Assembly (NCBI GenBank): GCA_037439545.1
Contig: JBBIVV010000003.1
Coordinates: 1 to 64,000, forward strand
Origin: a bacterium
GTDB lineage: Bacteria > JAMCPX01
Reading direction: 5' to 3'
Length of the DNA: 64,000 bases
Shown here: one piece after another, positions 20,743 to 30,470 of the stretch
How positions within the stretch are numbered: position 1 is the stretch's first letter
How the letters are laid out: each line of letters starts with the position of its first letter
Notes under the pieces: generated by a model
What the model saw: the letters and a program-made list of their open reading frames with translations, nothing else
The model's database searches: none
What the model was told of the DNA's origin: nothing
Position numbers and translations under genes: made by a program

Positions 20743-21561
20743 CTACGGATTATTCTTAAAGTCCTCTGTCAATAAACGTAAGACATGTCTATAAACAGTG
20801 TTTGAAAACAACATGGCTATGTGGCCTTTAAAGGGCAGGGAAACATTGGGTATAGTATCCATAAAGGCATGTTCCGGCGGGACGATAAGGTTATCGAGTG
20901 TCGACCATATCGAATAGATCGGCGGCAGAGGTTTTTTGTTCATCTCATTGAGGAATTCACTGCCGGGAATCATCTCTTTTGCATTGATGCCCGCACCAAG
21001 CACTGCCATGCGCGTACCCCGGTGAGGACTCGCAATGGTAATAAGCTTTTTTATCCTGCCCGCACCTCTCGGTGAATTGCCGTAATACCGCGTGACAAGG
21101 CCGCCCATACTGTGGCCTATCAGGAAAGCCCCTTTTTCACCTGTTTTGTCCTCTATTTCATCCATTTTATCGGCCACACGCTCTGCAAGTTCTCTTATAG
21201 ACAATGCCGGCGGATATAAATTGACACTGAATACCCTGAACCCATCGAGTGCCAGCCTTATATGGACATACATAAAACACGCCCTGTTCATCATATAACC
21301 GTGCACAAGGAGCACAGGAGGGTATTTTTTGTTTTCTTTCCTCAGAAAAAGAGGATCATAGTTTATGAAACCAAGAACATAAGTAAGGAATGCAAAAGAG
21401 TTAACGACAGCTTCTCCAAAAATCTCCACTGCAATAGATAAAGGGCTCCCTATTGGTTTATGACGGAAGTTCAACCAGTCATAGATCACCAGGGTAAATT
21501 GTATGACGATGTAAACCAGAACGACAATAAAAAACCATGCGAGAATTTTTAAAATAATCAT
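20743..21561 (-). CDS. Membrane-anchored alpha/beta hydrolase (EstA/lipase-like)
   Basis: N-terminal TM; VLLVHG, GHSMGG, SPH.G, D..I.P, GH. Confidence 0.85.
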   Translation of the reverse strand: MIILKILAWFFIVVLVYIVIQFTLVIYDWLNFRHKPIGSPLSIAVEIFGEAVVNSFAFLTYVLGFINYDPLFLRKENKKYPPVLLVHGYMMNRACFMYVHIRLALDGFRVFSVNLYPPALSIRELAERVADKMDEIEDKTGEKGAFLIGHSMGGLVTRYYGNSPRGAGRIKKLITIASPHRGTRMAVLGAGINAKEMIPGSEFLNEMNKKPLPPIYSIWSTLDNLIVPPEHAFMDTIPNVSLPFKGHIAMLFSNTVYRHVLRLLTEDFKNNP

Positions 21562-22763
21562 GTCTTTCTCCTCATTTTTGCCACCAGTGCTTCAATGACC
21601 AACGGTACCTTCTGCAGGAGGACCAGGAGCTCTCCGATATCCGTCGAGGCGAATTCCCCCCCGCCGCTGTCTCCGTAAAGCATCTGGACAAGTCCGCCCC
21701 TGAAATGAATCGGAATAATGACAACTGTCCGCGGAGGCTTGCCTCCAAGCAACAGGAAAAAGTCCCTGTTTAATTCGGTGTTCTGGGGTGTACCGACGAA
21801 ATGGGCGCCTGTATCGTTTACAAACTTAAAAACGGACGGCTGGTCAAGGGGTATCACGAGCTGTTTTATGTTGGACCTCTTCACCCCTTCTCCGGCGCCC
21901 TCCCATCCCATTGCAATGCCTTTGTAGATCATAAATAGTGCAGCTCTCTTGAATATGGAAAGCGCATAGCCGAGTACGACAGCCGCGATATCGTCCCTTG
22001 ATTCCGATTGAGAGATCGCGGAGATTGCATCAGTCATAGTGGAAGGATGCTTGAGGGTTAATTCAGTTTCTACTTCCATTCCCTGAGAAAGCTCTATGGC
22101 CGGTTCACCGGCCTCTGACAAAGGCGGAGAGGTTTTCAGCATCTTCTGGAAGTCTTCCTCTGTGGTGAGTTCTTCGTCGGCAGACAGGGGTTTTATGGAC
22201 AGGGATGGCTGTTCTTTGACTGTTTGTTGTGCCGGTGTTTTATCCCTGGACTTAAGGCTTTCAGAGGACGGTTTCTTATTCAACCTGTTCGACATGAATT
22301 GGCCGGCATCCTGCCTTGAAAGGGTAATGTAGCGCACGTCCCTTTTGATAGCGTAATAATGTTCCAACAGAAGAAGGAACCTGATCTCAGGAACGATATA
22401 TGGTTTTATGGTCAAGCCTGTAACGAATGACAGCTCATCGATTGCATCGAGCCTGCCGGGATCCAGGAATATAACATGAAGCTGTTTGTCGGAATGTTCA
22501 AAAGGTATTGCTTTGAGCTTTTTTACCAGATTGACCGGTATTAATTTCAACGTGTTTGTCTGTATATTTAATGTTTTTTCGAGGGGTATCGGCTGGAGAT
22601 GATAGTACGTTGAAAGCTGATTCTCGAGTTCGGCTTCTGTGAGTACGCCGGATTCTATAAGATTTGTCCCGAGCCTGCCTCCGAATATGATCTGTGCATT
22701 CAGAGCCTCTGTAAGCTGCTCTGCGGTTATGGCTTTTCGTTTTAGGAGAAATTCCCCGAACAT
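21558..22763 (-). CDS. GspE/PilB N-terminal (MshEN) domain protein without ATPase; GAF-like C-terminus
   Basis: FGEFLL...IT.EQL..AL..Q...GGRLGTNL...G; no Walker motifs. Confidence 0.75.
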   Translation of the reverse strand: MFGEFLLKRKAITAEQLTEALNAQIIFGGRLGTNLIESGVLTEAELENQLSTYYHLQPIPLEKTLNIQTNTLKLIPVNLVKKLKAIPFEHSDKQLHVIFLDPGRLDAIDELSFVTGLTIKPYIVPEIRFLLLLEHYYAIKRDVRYITLSRQDAGQFMSNRLNKKPSSESLKSRDKTPAQQTVKEQPSLSIKPLSADEELTTEEDFQKMLKTSPPLSEAGEPAIELSQGMEVETELTLKHPSTMTDAISAISQSESRDDIAAVVLGYALSIFKRAALFMIYKGIAMGWEGAGEGVKRSNIKQLVIPLDQPSVFKFVNDTGAHFVGTPQNTELNRDFFLLLGGKPPRTVVIIPIHFRGGLVQMLYGDSGGGEFASTDIGELLVLLQKVPLVIEALVAKMRRKT

Positions 22764-22802
22764 GAGAACATGCTATCAGAGTTTTATCGTAAATGCCATT
22801 TC

Positions 22803-23954
22803 TCAGTCTTTCAGCAGGTCTCTTGCGATCATGAACCTCTGGATCTCCGAAGTGCCTTCGAAGATCCTGTATGCCCTTATGTCCCTGAACATGCGTTCAA
22901 CCTTCGTTTCTTTCATAAACCCCATGCCTCCGTGCACCTGCATGATCCTGTCGGCAATCTTGAATGCCGATTCTGTCGCAAAGAGCTTGGTCATACTCGA
23001 CTGCATGCGGATGTCCTCACCGTTGTCGAACCTGTAGGCAGTATCTGCAAGCATCCTGTCTGCTGCATAAAGCTCTGTTGCACTATCGGCAAGCATCCAT
23101 TGTATGGCTTCAAACTCGGAAATGGGCTTTCCAAACTGTTTTCTGAGCTTTGCATATTCAATGCCCATGGACAACAGCCTTTCACCGATGCCGATTGCGG
23201 ATGCTGCTGCGGAAAGCCTTCCCTCATTCAGCGTTTTCATTGCTATTTTGAATCCGTTCCCAATCCCGCCTATCAGGTTTTTATCAGGCACAATACAGTC
23301 TTCAAAGATTACCTCTGCCTGCAGCCAGCCTTTGCCGCCCATGGTGTTATGTATGTTTCCTATATGCAGTCCTCGAGTGCCTTTTTCCACAAGGAATGCA
23401 GTGATCCCGCCCTTGGCCCTTTTTTCCCTGTCTGTTAAGGCTATAACCGTAAAGACGTCTGCAACCGGCGCATTTGTTATGAAGTGTTTCATACCGTTCA
23501 GTATCCATCCGGCGTCCACCTTTCCTGCCGTTGTCGTTATGGCGGACGCATCGGAGCCTGCACCAGGCTCCGTAAGAGCAAATGCTGCAATATACTCTCC
23601 GTTTGCAAGGAGCGGGAGGTAGTGTTTTTTCTGCTCTTCCGTCCCGTCATGTACGATTGCCATGGAGCCTATCCCGTTGTTCACGCTCATTATTGCCCTT
23701 ATTGCATCATGGGATTTTGACAATTCCTTCAGTGCGTAACAGTAATCCAGCAGGTTCATGCCCGAGCCGCCGTAAACAGAAGGTATCCGAAGTCCGAACA
23801 GCCCTAAATCCTTCATTTTCGCTATAAGTCCATCGGGCAGCCTGCCTGAATCTTCTATCGAATCTTCTACGGGCATACATTCGTCTTTAACAAACCGTTT
23901 TACGATCTCTATGAAATGTCTTGCTTCCTGCGTTATCCTGTCATCCATAAGCAT
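22803..23954 (-). CDS. Acyl-CoA dehydrogenase
   Basis: FALTEPGAGSDA, LNG.K.FITN, R.QFGKPI, QVHGGMG, RIFEGTSEIQR. Confidence 0.96.
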   Translation of the reverse strand: MLMDDRITQEARHFIEIVKRFVKDECMPVEDSIEDSGRLPDGLIAKMKDLGLFGLRIPSVYGGSGMNLLDYCYALKELSKSHDAIRAIMSVNNGIGSMAIVHDGTEEQKKHYLPLLANGEYIAAFALTEPGAGSDASAITTTAGKVDAGWILNGMKHFITNAPVADVFTVIALTDREKRAKGGITAFLVEKGTRGLHIGNIHNTMGGKGWLQAEVIFEDCIVPDKNLIGGIGNGFKIAMKTLNEGRLSAAASAIGIGERLLSMGIEYAKLRKQFGKPISEFEAIQWMLADSATELYAADRMLADTAYRFDNGEDIRMQSSMTKLFATESAFKIADRIMQVHGGMGFMKETKVERMFRDIRAYRIFEGTSEIQRFMIARDLLKD

Positions 23955-24094
23955 CTCCTTTTAGTCTTTGTAGTAATATGGCGGAAGAAAATCAATCAAA
24001 AGGCAAAACCAGGAAATACACTACAGCAAATACGGGTTCAGGCATTATCGACCGGGTCCGAATATGATGGTTCTTTGCACTTCTTGTAAAACAG

Positions 24095-24123
24095 TTGAAA
24101 ATTACTATATTAAAGTTTAGAAT
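24095..24123 (+). promoter_or_regulatory. Putative sigma70 promoter of tatA
   Basis: TTGAAA-17 bp-TAGAAT, followed by SD AAGGAG. Confidence 0.6.
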
Positions 24124-24153
24124 AAAAGGAAACGTTAGGATAAGGAGAGTAAC

Positions 24154-24372
24154 ATGTTTGATATAGGTATGCCTGAGCTGGTGGTAATATTCGTGATCAT
24201 TCTGGTGCTTTTTGGCGGAAAAAAACTTCCAGAAGTAGGGAAGAGCCTCGGAGAGGCAATAAAAAACTTTAAGAAGGCAATGAACGAGCTCGATACTACT
24301 GCTACCACTGATCAATCAAAAAAATCACTCCCGGAAAATAAACCCGAAAGCAAGACGGAAGAAAAAAAATAA
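24154..24372 (+). CDS. tatA: Twin-arginine translocase TatA
   Basis: G.PEL...LVLFG.KKLPE.GKSLG..IKNFKK. Confidence 0.95.
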   Translation: MFDIGMPELVVIFVIILVLFGGKKLPEVGKSLGEAIKNFKKAMNELDTTATTDQSKKSLPENKPESKTEEKK

Positions 24373-24377
24373 ACCCG

Positions 24378-26726
24378 TTACCTTCTTTTATTGTGTGACG
24401 GCTGCATGACAAACACCTTCCCTGTCAAGAGTTCCTTCATTCTCGGTTTGCCGAGAAGTTTTGCGAAATCGCTGTCGTTAACCACGGTCATCTTGAAAGA
24501 AGGATTGATCTTGAACAGTTTTGCAAGTGCAGTAAAAGCGCCGTTCTCATTGTGCATGAGTATGTAGATGTGTGCAAGCGTATACCATGCGACAGGATTT
24601 TCAGGCGAGATCTTGGTAAGCTGGTTGGCATAGGTAAGTGCATCGTTATAGTCGCTTGTTTTCTGCAGACATTCCGTAAGATTTAAAACGGCATTAAAAT
24701 CAGACGGATTTTTTGTTACTGCCTCTTTCAGGTATTTTATTGCACCGGCATAATCAGCCTTCATGTAATAGGCTGTACCGAGCAAAAAATCATAGACCTC
24801 GTTCTTCGGGTCGCTGTTCTTCATGGTAGTTGCCAATGCAATAGCGCTGTCGATATCGTTCGTACTCAGGTATGAGCTTATCAGGTAAGGCCCTATCTCA
24901 TTCCTGGACAGAGGCATGAGATCAAGGGATGCTTTGAATTCATTTATAGCACCTGCGTAATTATCCTTGCTATAGTAAAGGAAACCAAGCAGTTTATGCC
25001 CGTAAGAGAAATAGGGTGCAAGGCTTATTACAATTTTTGCATTTACTATCGCGTCTGCCGTATCGAGGCTCCCTGCCTCTGCCCTTGCAAGCGTGTAAAG
25101 GATCATATAATCATCGGGTGCCAGTTCGTGGGCCTTTTTTACGGCATCCTCTGCCTTTTTCGGCATCTTCAGGTCAAGATACGTTTCAGCCTCCATGTTA
25201 TAAATGCCGGCGAGTGCCTGCTTATACGATGTAGAGCTCAGGTTGCCCAGGAGTATCACAGATACGATGAATGCGATTACGAAGAAAACGGTCAGGGAAT
25301 AATTATTGCTTATACTGAGTCCGAAATCGTACTTCCACCGCCATTTAAACCCCGATAACTTTTTCAGTATGGATACGAAACCATACTCGTCTTCAAAATG
25401 CCTGTATTTACGTTTTCCGACAATAAGCCCGGCAAATACCCAGAACATTAAAGCAGAGGAAGGGATTTCAAGGTTAAAGGTAAAAAGAGCAGCTATAAGT
25501 GCCGATGCAATACCGGCCATAAGCGCAATGTTCCAGATGATGTTATGTGCATCTTCCTGTGCATCTTTTATACTCCTGATGCCGGTAATAAAGATCTCCA
25601 GAAGAAACCAGAGAAAACAGAAAACGCCTGCTATGCCGAGTTCAAAAAATGCCTGCAAATACTCATTGTGGGCATTATCGAGGTAGCGGAGCTCTGTCCA
25701 GTCGGTTGTTTTGAGCGCGGCGACTTCATACAGCGGTATGTTGATCTGGTAGTTACCGATGCCGACACCGAAGACAGGATCGTCCTTTGCACCCTTCAGG
25801 GTACTGTCCCAGACAAGCAGCCTGAAAGCGTTTGATGAATAATCGCTGTTAAAGATGCTTTCAGCCCTTTGCACGAGGTTATTGCCGGTACGTGTGAATC
25901 CCAGTATGACGGAAAATACAATAATCCCCGCAACACCTGTAGATAGCAGCAGCCTTTTTGTAGGAACGGTGAACAGCTTATGCCGCGTGTATGAGCTGGA
26001 CATAATGATATAGAAGAACATCGATCCGGCAATCGCTACCCAGCCTGCGCGGTTCCTTCCTATAATTATATAGGCAAATGCGAGAAGAATGCCTGAATAG
26101 GCGATGTATTTCAAAATGCTTTTATCGGGCTCTGTCAGGAAGAGCGTGAGCATCAATGGTACAACCATGACGAGGTAATCGGTCGAAAAGTTGGTCAGTC
26201 CCATGGTACTTGCAGGGTTTGGACGCCCCCATTGATCGAGCGGAAGGGCAAGGAAATGAAAAGACTGCATCATGCCGTAAATACTGACTGCAATAGATAC
26301 GATTGTTATGATAATACCGATTGTCCTGAGTTTGATATTTCTTGCATAATAGATGAACAGGAAAAAAGGCATCTGATAGGCAGCCTGCTTTATGAGCATC
26401 TGTGCCGAGAGGTGTATATTATAGGCATGGAATGCCGACAGGCATGCAATGAGATCGAGCAGTAACAGCGGGATAAGTACCGGTGTATAGAAGAAATCTA
26501 TGTTCCGGTTCAGCATGGATCTTAAGAAATAAATAATAATGACGGGCCAGAGAAACAGATAGAGTACGAATACCTTCGACCAGATGTACTCGCTCCTGTA
26601 AAAGACCAGGGGAACAAGGAACAGCAGCAGCAAAAGACTCGCTATGCTGATAGAATCAAGCCTGCTTGCGATGGTATCGCCCTGCTTAATCAGGATTCTT
26701 TGATTCTCAATCTTCAAATTCCACAC
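24378..26726 (-). CDS. O-antigen ligase/oligosaccharyltransferase (Wzy_C) family protein with C-terminal TPRs
   Basis: About 12 TM; R..GW, S..FRL..W, G.G.GNY, AHNEYLQ...ELG; TPR tail. Confidence 0.82.
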   Translation of the reverse strand: MWNLKIENQRILIKQGDTIASRLDSISIASLLLLLFLVPLVFYRSEYIWSKVFVLYLFLWPVIIIYFLRSMLNRNIDFFYTPVLIPLLLLDLIACLSAFHAYNIHLSAQMLIKQAAYQMPFFLFIYYARNIKLRTIGIIITIVSIAVSIYGMMQSFHFLALPLDQWGRPNPASTMGLTNFSTDYLVMVVPLMLTLFLTEPDKSILKYIAYSGILLAFAYIIIGRNRAGWVAIAGSMFFYIIMSSSYTRHKLFTVPTKRLLLSTGVAGIIVFSVILGFTRTGNNLVQRAESIFNSDYSSNAFRLLVWDSTLKGAKDDPVFGVGIGNYQINIPLYEVAALKTTDWTELRYLDNAHNEYLQAFFELGIAGVFCFLWFLLEIFITGIRSIKDAQEDAHNIIWNIALMAGIASALIAALFTFNLEIPSSALMFWVFAGLIVGKRKYRHFEDEYGFVSILKKLSGFKWRWKYDFGLSISNNYSLTVFFVIAFIVSVILLGNLSSTSYKQALAGIYNMEAETYLDLKMPKKAEDAVKKAHELAPDDYMILYTLARAEAGSLDTADAIVNAKIVISLAPYFSYGHKLLGFLYYSKDNYAGAINEFKASLDLMPLSRNEIGPYLISSYLSTNDIDSAIALATTMKNSDPKNEVYDFLLGTAYYMKADYAGAIKYLKEAVTKNPSDFNAVLNLTECLQKTSDYNDALTYANQLTKISPENPVAWYTLAHIYILMHNENGAFTALAKLFKINPSFKMTVVNDSDFAKLLGKPRMKELLTGKVFVMQPSHNKRR

Positions 26727-29283
26727 CCACTTTTTTCAGCGGCGCATTTATAATGTCATGGTAAAGTATGCCGAGCCCCTTTTCTATTATATCAACAGGA
26801 CCTATGAGCCTGTTGTCTACCCTTTTTACGACCATAAAGAGTTTTCCTGTCCTATCTATGCCCAATTCCTCTATAAAAGGTCTGATATTAAACTCGCCGG
26901 TCTTTTTTTTCTGGTTCAATGATACCATAAATATTTTACTGCTCAAAAGCAAATCTATGGCTGAACTTAATACCGACAAACTGCAACTGCTTACCGCATC
27001 GAGCATGAGCTCGTAATGTACCGACTTTACCGCGATACCGGCCGGTCTTGCACCGTAGGGCAGGAGAGTGACATTCATAAACTCCAGCCCCTGGTGCCCG
27101 TATTTTTTTAAAGCCTCAAGGACTTTACCCGCATCAATATTTCCATAGAGTTTTATATCAATGTATTCGGCACTGCTTTCAATGCCGACAGGTATAGGAT
27201 CGCTGAACGATACAATGGGTTTTGGATGAAATCCGGATGTGTATGCCAGGGGCAGTTTTGCCCTGTGGATCGCATGCATGAGGAAGTCCATAAGTTCGAG
27301 ATGGCCGAGGAACCTTATCAAGCCTGATTTTGTATAGTGCACCCGTATGTTCGTGGTCCACTGATTCGGTGTTTCTTCGGGTCCTTTAATTGCCTTTTGA
27401 ACACCGGATGATTTTTGCAGAGGTTCTTTAGATGCTACCGGTTCGATATATTTAAAATCGCATACGCCGCAATCGGTGCATACAGCCTGAAAACAATCCT
27501 CCGTGATAAGCTGCGACCGTGACTTCTCGTATTCCTGGCGGAGGAAAGACTTCGGTATAAAGGTATCGATATGATCCCAGGGAAGGGACTCATCAGCGGT
27601 CCGTTCTCTGATCAGGTCCGATAACGACAGCCCGTGAGCCTTTAGTGCATCAAGCCATACCTGATAGTCAAAACCGGATGAAGGATCGTCAACCGGTTTA
27701 TGGATTTCTTCCTCCGGGGATAAGCCGCGTGTGGCCGCAGATTTTAATTCGTGTGCTAAAACATCTTCAATGACAGGCCCCATTCTCCTGTCAGCCCTTG
27801 CAAGTACAGCCTCTATGACGCTTATCTCAGGCGTCTGGTATTTTATAACGACACCCGTTTTCCTTACGATATCCCTTACCATGAATAATCTTCTCCTGAA
27901 TTCCCCCGGTGTAATCATCTCGGCCCACTGAAACGGCGTATGGGGTTTTGGGATGAACGCCGATATGCTTGCATTGATCTTGGTTTTCCTGTTGTTTTTT
28001 CTGACCGCAGCATGGATACGTTTTATAAGCTCCCCCATACCCGTAACGTCATCATCTGTTTCAAGCGGCAGTCCAAGCATAAAGTAAAGCTTTATGGTCT
28101 GCCACCCCTTCTTTGCCGCAAGTTCAACGGAGGCGAGGATCTCGTCTTCTGTGATGTTTTTATTTATAATGTTCCTCATCCTCTGGGTGCCTGCTTCTAT
28201 TGCAACGGTGAACCCCGTTTTCCTTACCTGTTTTATCTGGTCGAGTATGGAATCCGCGACAGAATCTATTCTTAAAGAGGGGAGTGACAGGGAGCACCTG
28301 TCATCGATAAATTCAGACATGAAGGCTTTCAAAAGCGGAAGTATATGGGTATAGTCCCCTGCACTGAGTGAGAGAAGGCTTACATCTGAAAATCCGGACA
28401 CATCGATGTTCTGTTTTATTTCTTTCAGTACCGTATCCATGTCTTTTTCCCTGACAGGCCTGTAGATCATGCCTGCCTGACAGAACCTGCAGCCTTTAGT
28501 ACAGCCGCGTGCGATTTCAACAACAAGCCTGTCATGGACCGGTTTTAAAAAAGGTATCAGTGCATGTTTCAATGCCGAGCTGTTGATACCGGGCAGTATT
28601 CTCCTCTTAACGCCTGGTGTTGATTTACCGTAAGGCACAATGCCTTTGAATTTGTCCTGTCCGTCGATGACCTGTTCGAAAAGTGATGGCACGTACACCC
28701 CTTTTACAGAGGAGAGCGTGTTCAGGCATGACTCTCTGGAAAGCCCCTGCTCTTTGCATCGTATGACAATATCTATAATCTCTTTTATAGCCTCTTCGCC
28801 GTCGCCGATCACGAACGCATCGAAGAAATCCGCAACAGGTTCTGGGCTAAAAGCGCAACTGCCTCCTCCAAGAACGAGCGGAAACAGCTTTTTTCTTTTC
28901 CCAGAGCGTGCCTCCAGCCCCGACAGCTTCATGACGCGCAAAGCATTGGTGTAATTGAGTTCTGTCTGGAGTGTGATGCCTATGATATCGAATTCGTCAA
29001 GAGGCGTGTCCGTTTCGATGGACGAGAGTTTTGACGCATGCCTTTTCATCATTTCTTCCATGTCGCTCCCCGGCAGGTATGCCCTCTCAGCGAGTGCATA
29101 GGGCAGATCATTTATCAGCTCATAGAGTATTTTCAAGCCGAGGTTTGCTATGCCGACCTCATACAGATCAGGGTAAACAAGGACGGTCTTTAATTTTACC
29201 GAGTTATGCTGTTTTACTATGGCGTTTGGCTCGGGCCCTATGTATCTGGCGGGCCTTCTCACGTACGATAAAAGCTCTCTCAT
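26707..29283 (-). CDS. Radical SAM protein TIGR03960-type fused to TIGR03936/DUF2344-type domain
   Basis: PARY.G.E.N, PD.YEVG, RGCTKGCRFCQAG, F.PKPHTPFQW; C-terminal K.G..RFLGHL...GFHP.P. Confidence 0.88.
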   Translation of the reverse strand: MRELLSYVRRPARYIGPEPNAIVKQHNSVKLKTVLVYPDLYEVGIANLGLKILYELINDLPYALAERAYLPGSDMEEMMKRHASKLSSIETDTPLDEFDIIGITLQTELNYTNALRVMKLSGLEARSGKRKKLFPLVLGGGSCAFSPEPVADFFDAFVIGDGEEAIKEIIDIVIRCKEQGLSRESCLNTLSSVKGVYVPSLFEQVIDGQDKFKGIVPYGKSTPGVKRRILPGINSSALKHALIPFLKPVHDRLVVEIARGCTKGCRFCQAGMIYRPVREKDMDTVLKEIKQNIDVSGFSDVSLLSLSAGDYTHILPLLKAFMSEFIDDRCSLSLPSLRIDSVADSILDQIKQVRKTGFTVAIEAGTQRMRNIINKNITEDEILASVELAAKKGWQTIKLYFMLGLPLETDDDVTGMGELIKRIHAAVRKNNRKTKINASISAFIPKPHTPFQWAEMITPGEFRRRLFMVRDIVRKTGVVIKYQTPEISVIEAVLARADRRMGPVIEDVLAHELKSAATRGLSPEEEIHKPVDDPSSGFDYQVWLDALKAHGLSLSDLIRERTADESLPWDHIDTFIPKSFLRQEYEKSRSQLITEDCFQAVCTDCGVCDFKYIEPVASKEPLQKSSGVQKAIKGPEETPNQWTTNIRVHYTKSGLIRFLGHLELMDFLMHAIHRAKLPLAYTSGFHPKPIVSFSDPIPVGIESSAEYIDIKLYGNIDAGKVLEALKKYGHQGLEFMNVTLLPYGARPAGIAVKSVHYELMLDAVSSCSLSVLSSAIDLLLSSKIFMVSLNQKKKTGEFNIRPFIEELGIDRTGKLFMVVKRVDNRLIGPVDIIEKGLGILYHDIINAPLKKVGVEFED

Positions 29284-30023
29284 ATCGTACCGGTATAATA
29301 TTTCAGATCAAATCTGCCGTCTTGAAACACGACATAGCTGTAATCTTTAAACCAATTACCCGCGTTGATATACGTTATTTTCTTGCCGTTGAAGGTCGAT
29401 TCCCTGATCTCGGGTACATGGAAATGGGCTGAAATAATGACATCGAACCCCTGCAGGGCCTTCTCGCCGATATACGCGTCAATGACGGATTCCGGCATTG
29501 TCCTTTTTACGGTCCACACCTCCCTGCTGCGTTTTGACATGTTTGATGCGACGCGTCTTGCGAGCCATGCCGGCAGAAGTTCTGATAGTAAACGGCTGAA
29601 CCTGCTTCTCAGGATCCACCGCAGCATTCTGTATTTTTTGTCCGTAGAGTCAATCATATCGCCGTGCGTGATAAAGCACTTTATGCCGTCGAGCTGCATA
29701 CTGATGCCGTCCTCGATCACATGGATGTCTTCAAACATGCTTTTCAGGGTATGTTTTATGAAAAAGTCGTGGTTGCCTATATGATAATATATCTTTACAC
29801 CTTTGCCGGACAGTTGTTTCACAGTGTTCAAAAGCGGAATATAAAAAGGGTCTATGAATCCGCCGGGACTTACCCAGTAATCAAAAATATCGCCAAGCAA
29901 AAACAGGATGTCGGGAACAACCGGATGCTGCGTACTCAAACCATCGAGGAACGATACAAGCCTTTCCTGGTTCGGATCGCCTTTGCCCCTTAGGTGTGCA
30001 TCAGAAAGAAATATACAGTACAT
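29280..30023 (-). CDS. lpxH: UDP-2,3-diacylglucosamine hydrolase
   Basis: SDAHL, LLGDIFD.W, GNHDF, HGD, HFH.P, G.W; start re-called at 30023. Confidence 0.82.
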   Translation of the reverse strand: MYCIFLSDAHLRGKGDPNQERLVSFLDGLSTQHPVVPDILFLLGDIFDYWVSPGGFIDPFYIPLLNTVKQLSGKGVKIYYHIGNHDFFIKHTLKSMFEDIHVIEDGISMQLDGIKCFITHGDMIDSTDKKYRMLRWILRSRFSRLLSELLPAWLARRVASNMSKRSREVWTVKRTMPESVIDAYIGEKALQGFDVIISAHFHVPEIRESTFNGKKITYINAGNWFKDYSYVVFQDGRFDLKYYTGTI

Positions 30024-30029
30024 GAGCGA

Positions 30030-30059
30030 ATTATAATCCGCCCGGCTGGCAGTAGTCAA
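30030..30059 (-). promoter_or_regulatory. Putative sigma70 promoter, leaderless lpxH
   Basis: Minus strand TTGACT-18-TATAAT-6-ATG; no SD. Confidence 0.65.
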
Positions 30060-30279
30060 ATGTTTGAATAACTTAGGACATCCATAGATACATCGTCCTG
30101 ACTTTCCCAATTAGTGCGGCTTTTTATCAAGAATCACGCTGAGAGTATTACCTGAGACTTCTTCTTTTGAGCCTCAATTACCCGTTTCATGCAAAGGGCA
30201 ACAAAGACAATTAAGATATGATATCTGATAGAGGTTTCTAAATGATGATAATGAAGCAAGGATCCATTTTATTCTAAAG

Positions 30280-30454
30280 CTGGATTCCCGTTGGAATCTA
30301 TCCCGCGATTGGCGGGACGGGAATGACGGAAAGGGAGACAGGAACTTCATGCACCCCTCGTCCCTCTTGGTAGAGGAGAAAAGAAGATACCCCGTTTCCG
30401 CGACCCAAGCCTTGCTTGGGTACTCCGACGGGAACACCCCTTTATAAAAGGGGA
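30280..30454. repeat. Cluster of REP-like palindromes
   Basis: CTGGATTCCCG..TCCCGC/GCGGGA..CGGGAATGAC; CCCTCT-TGGT-AGAGG; ACCCAAGC-CTT-GCTTGGGT; CCCCTTT-ATA-AAAGGGG. Confidence 0.65.
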
Positions 30455-30470
30455 ATTCTTCACCCCTTGC

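Noticed and set aside
22770..23622. Long antisense ORFs over acyl-CoA dehydrogenase (and similar ones over groEL, lon, permease, OPX)
   Set aside because: Shadow frames of well-conserved genes with no independent coding signal
30174..30437. 87-aa minus-strand ORF in the lpxH-permease gap
   Set aside because: Runs through the palindrome cluster; no recognisable domain or SD; likely spurious
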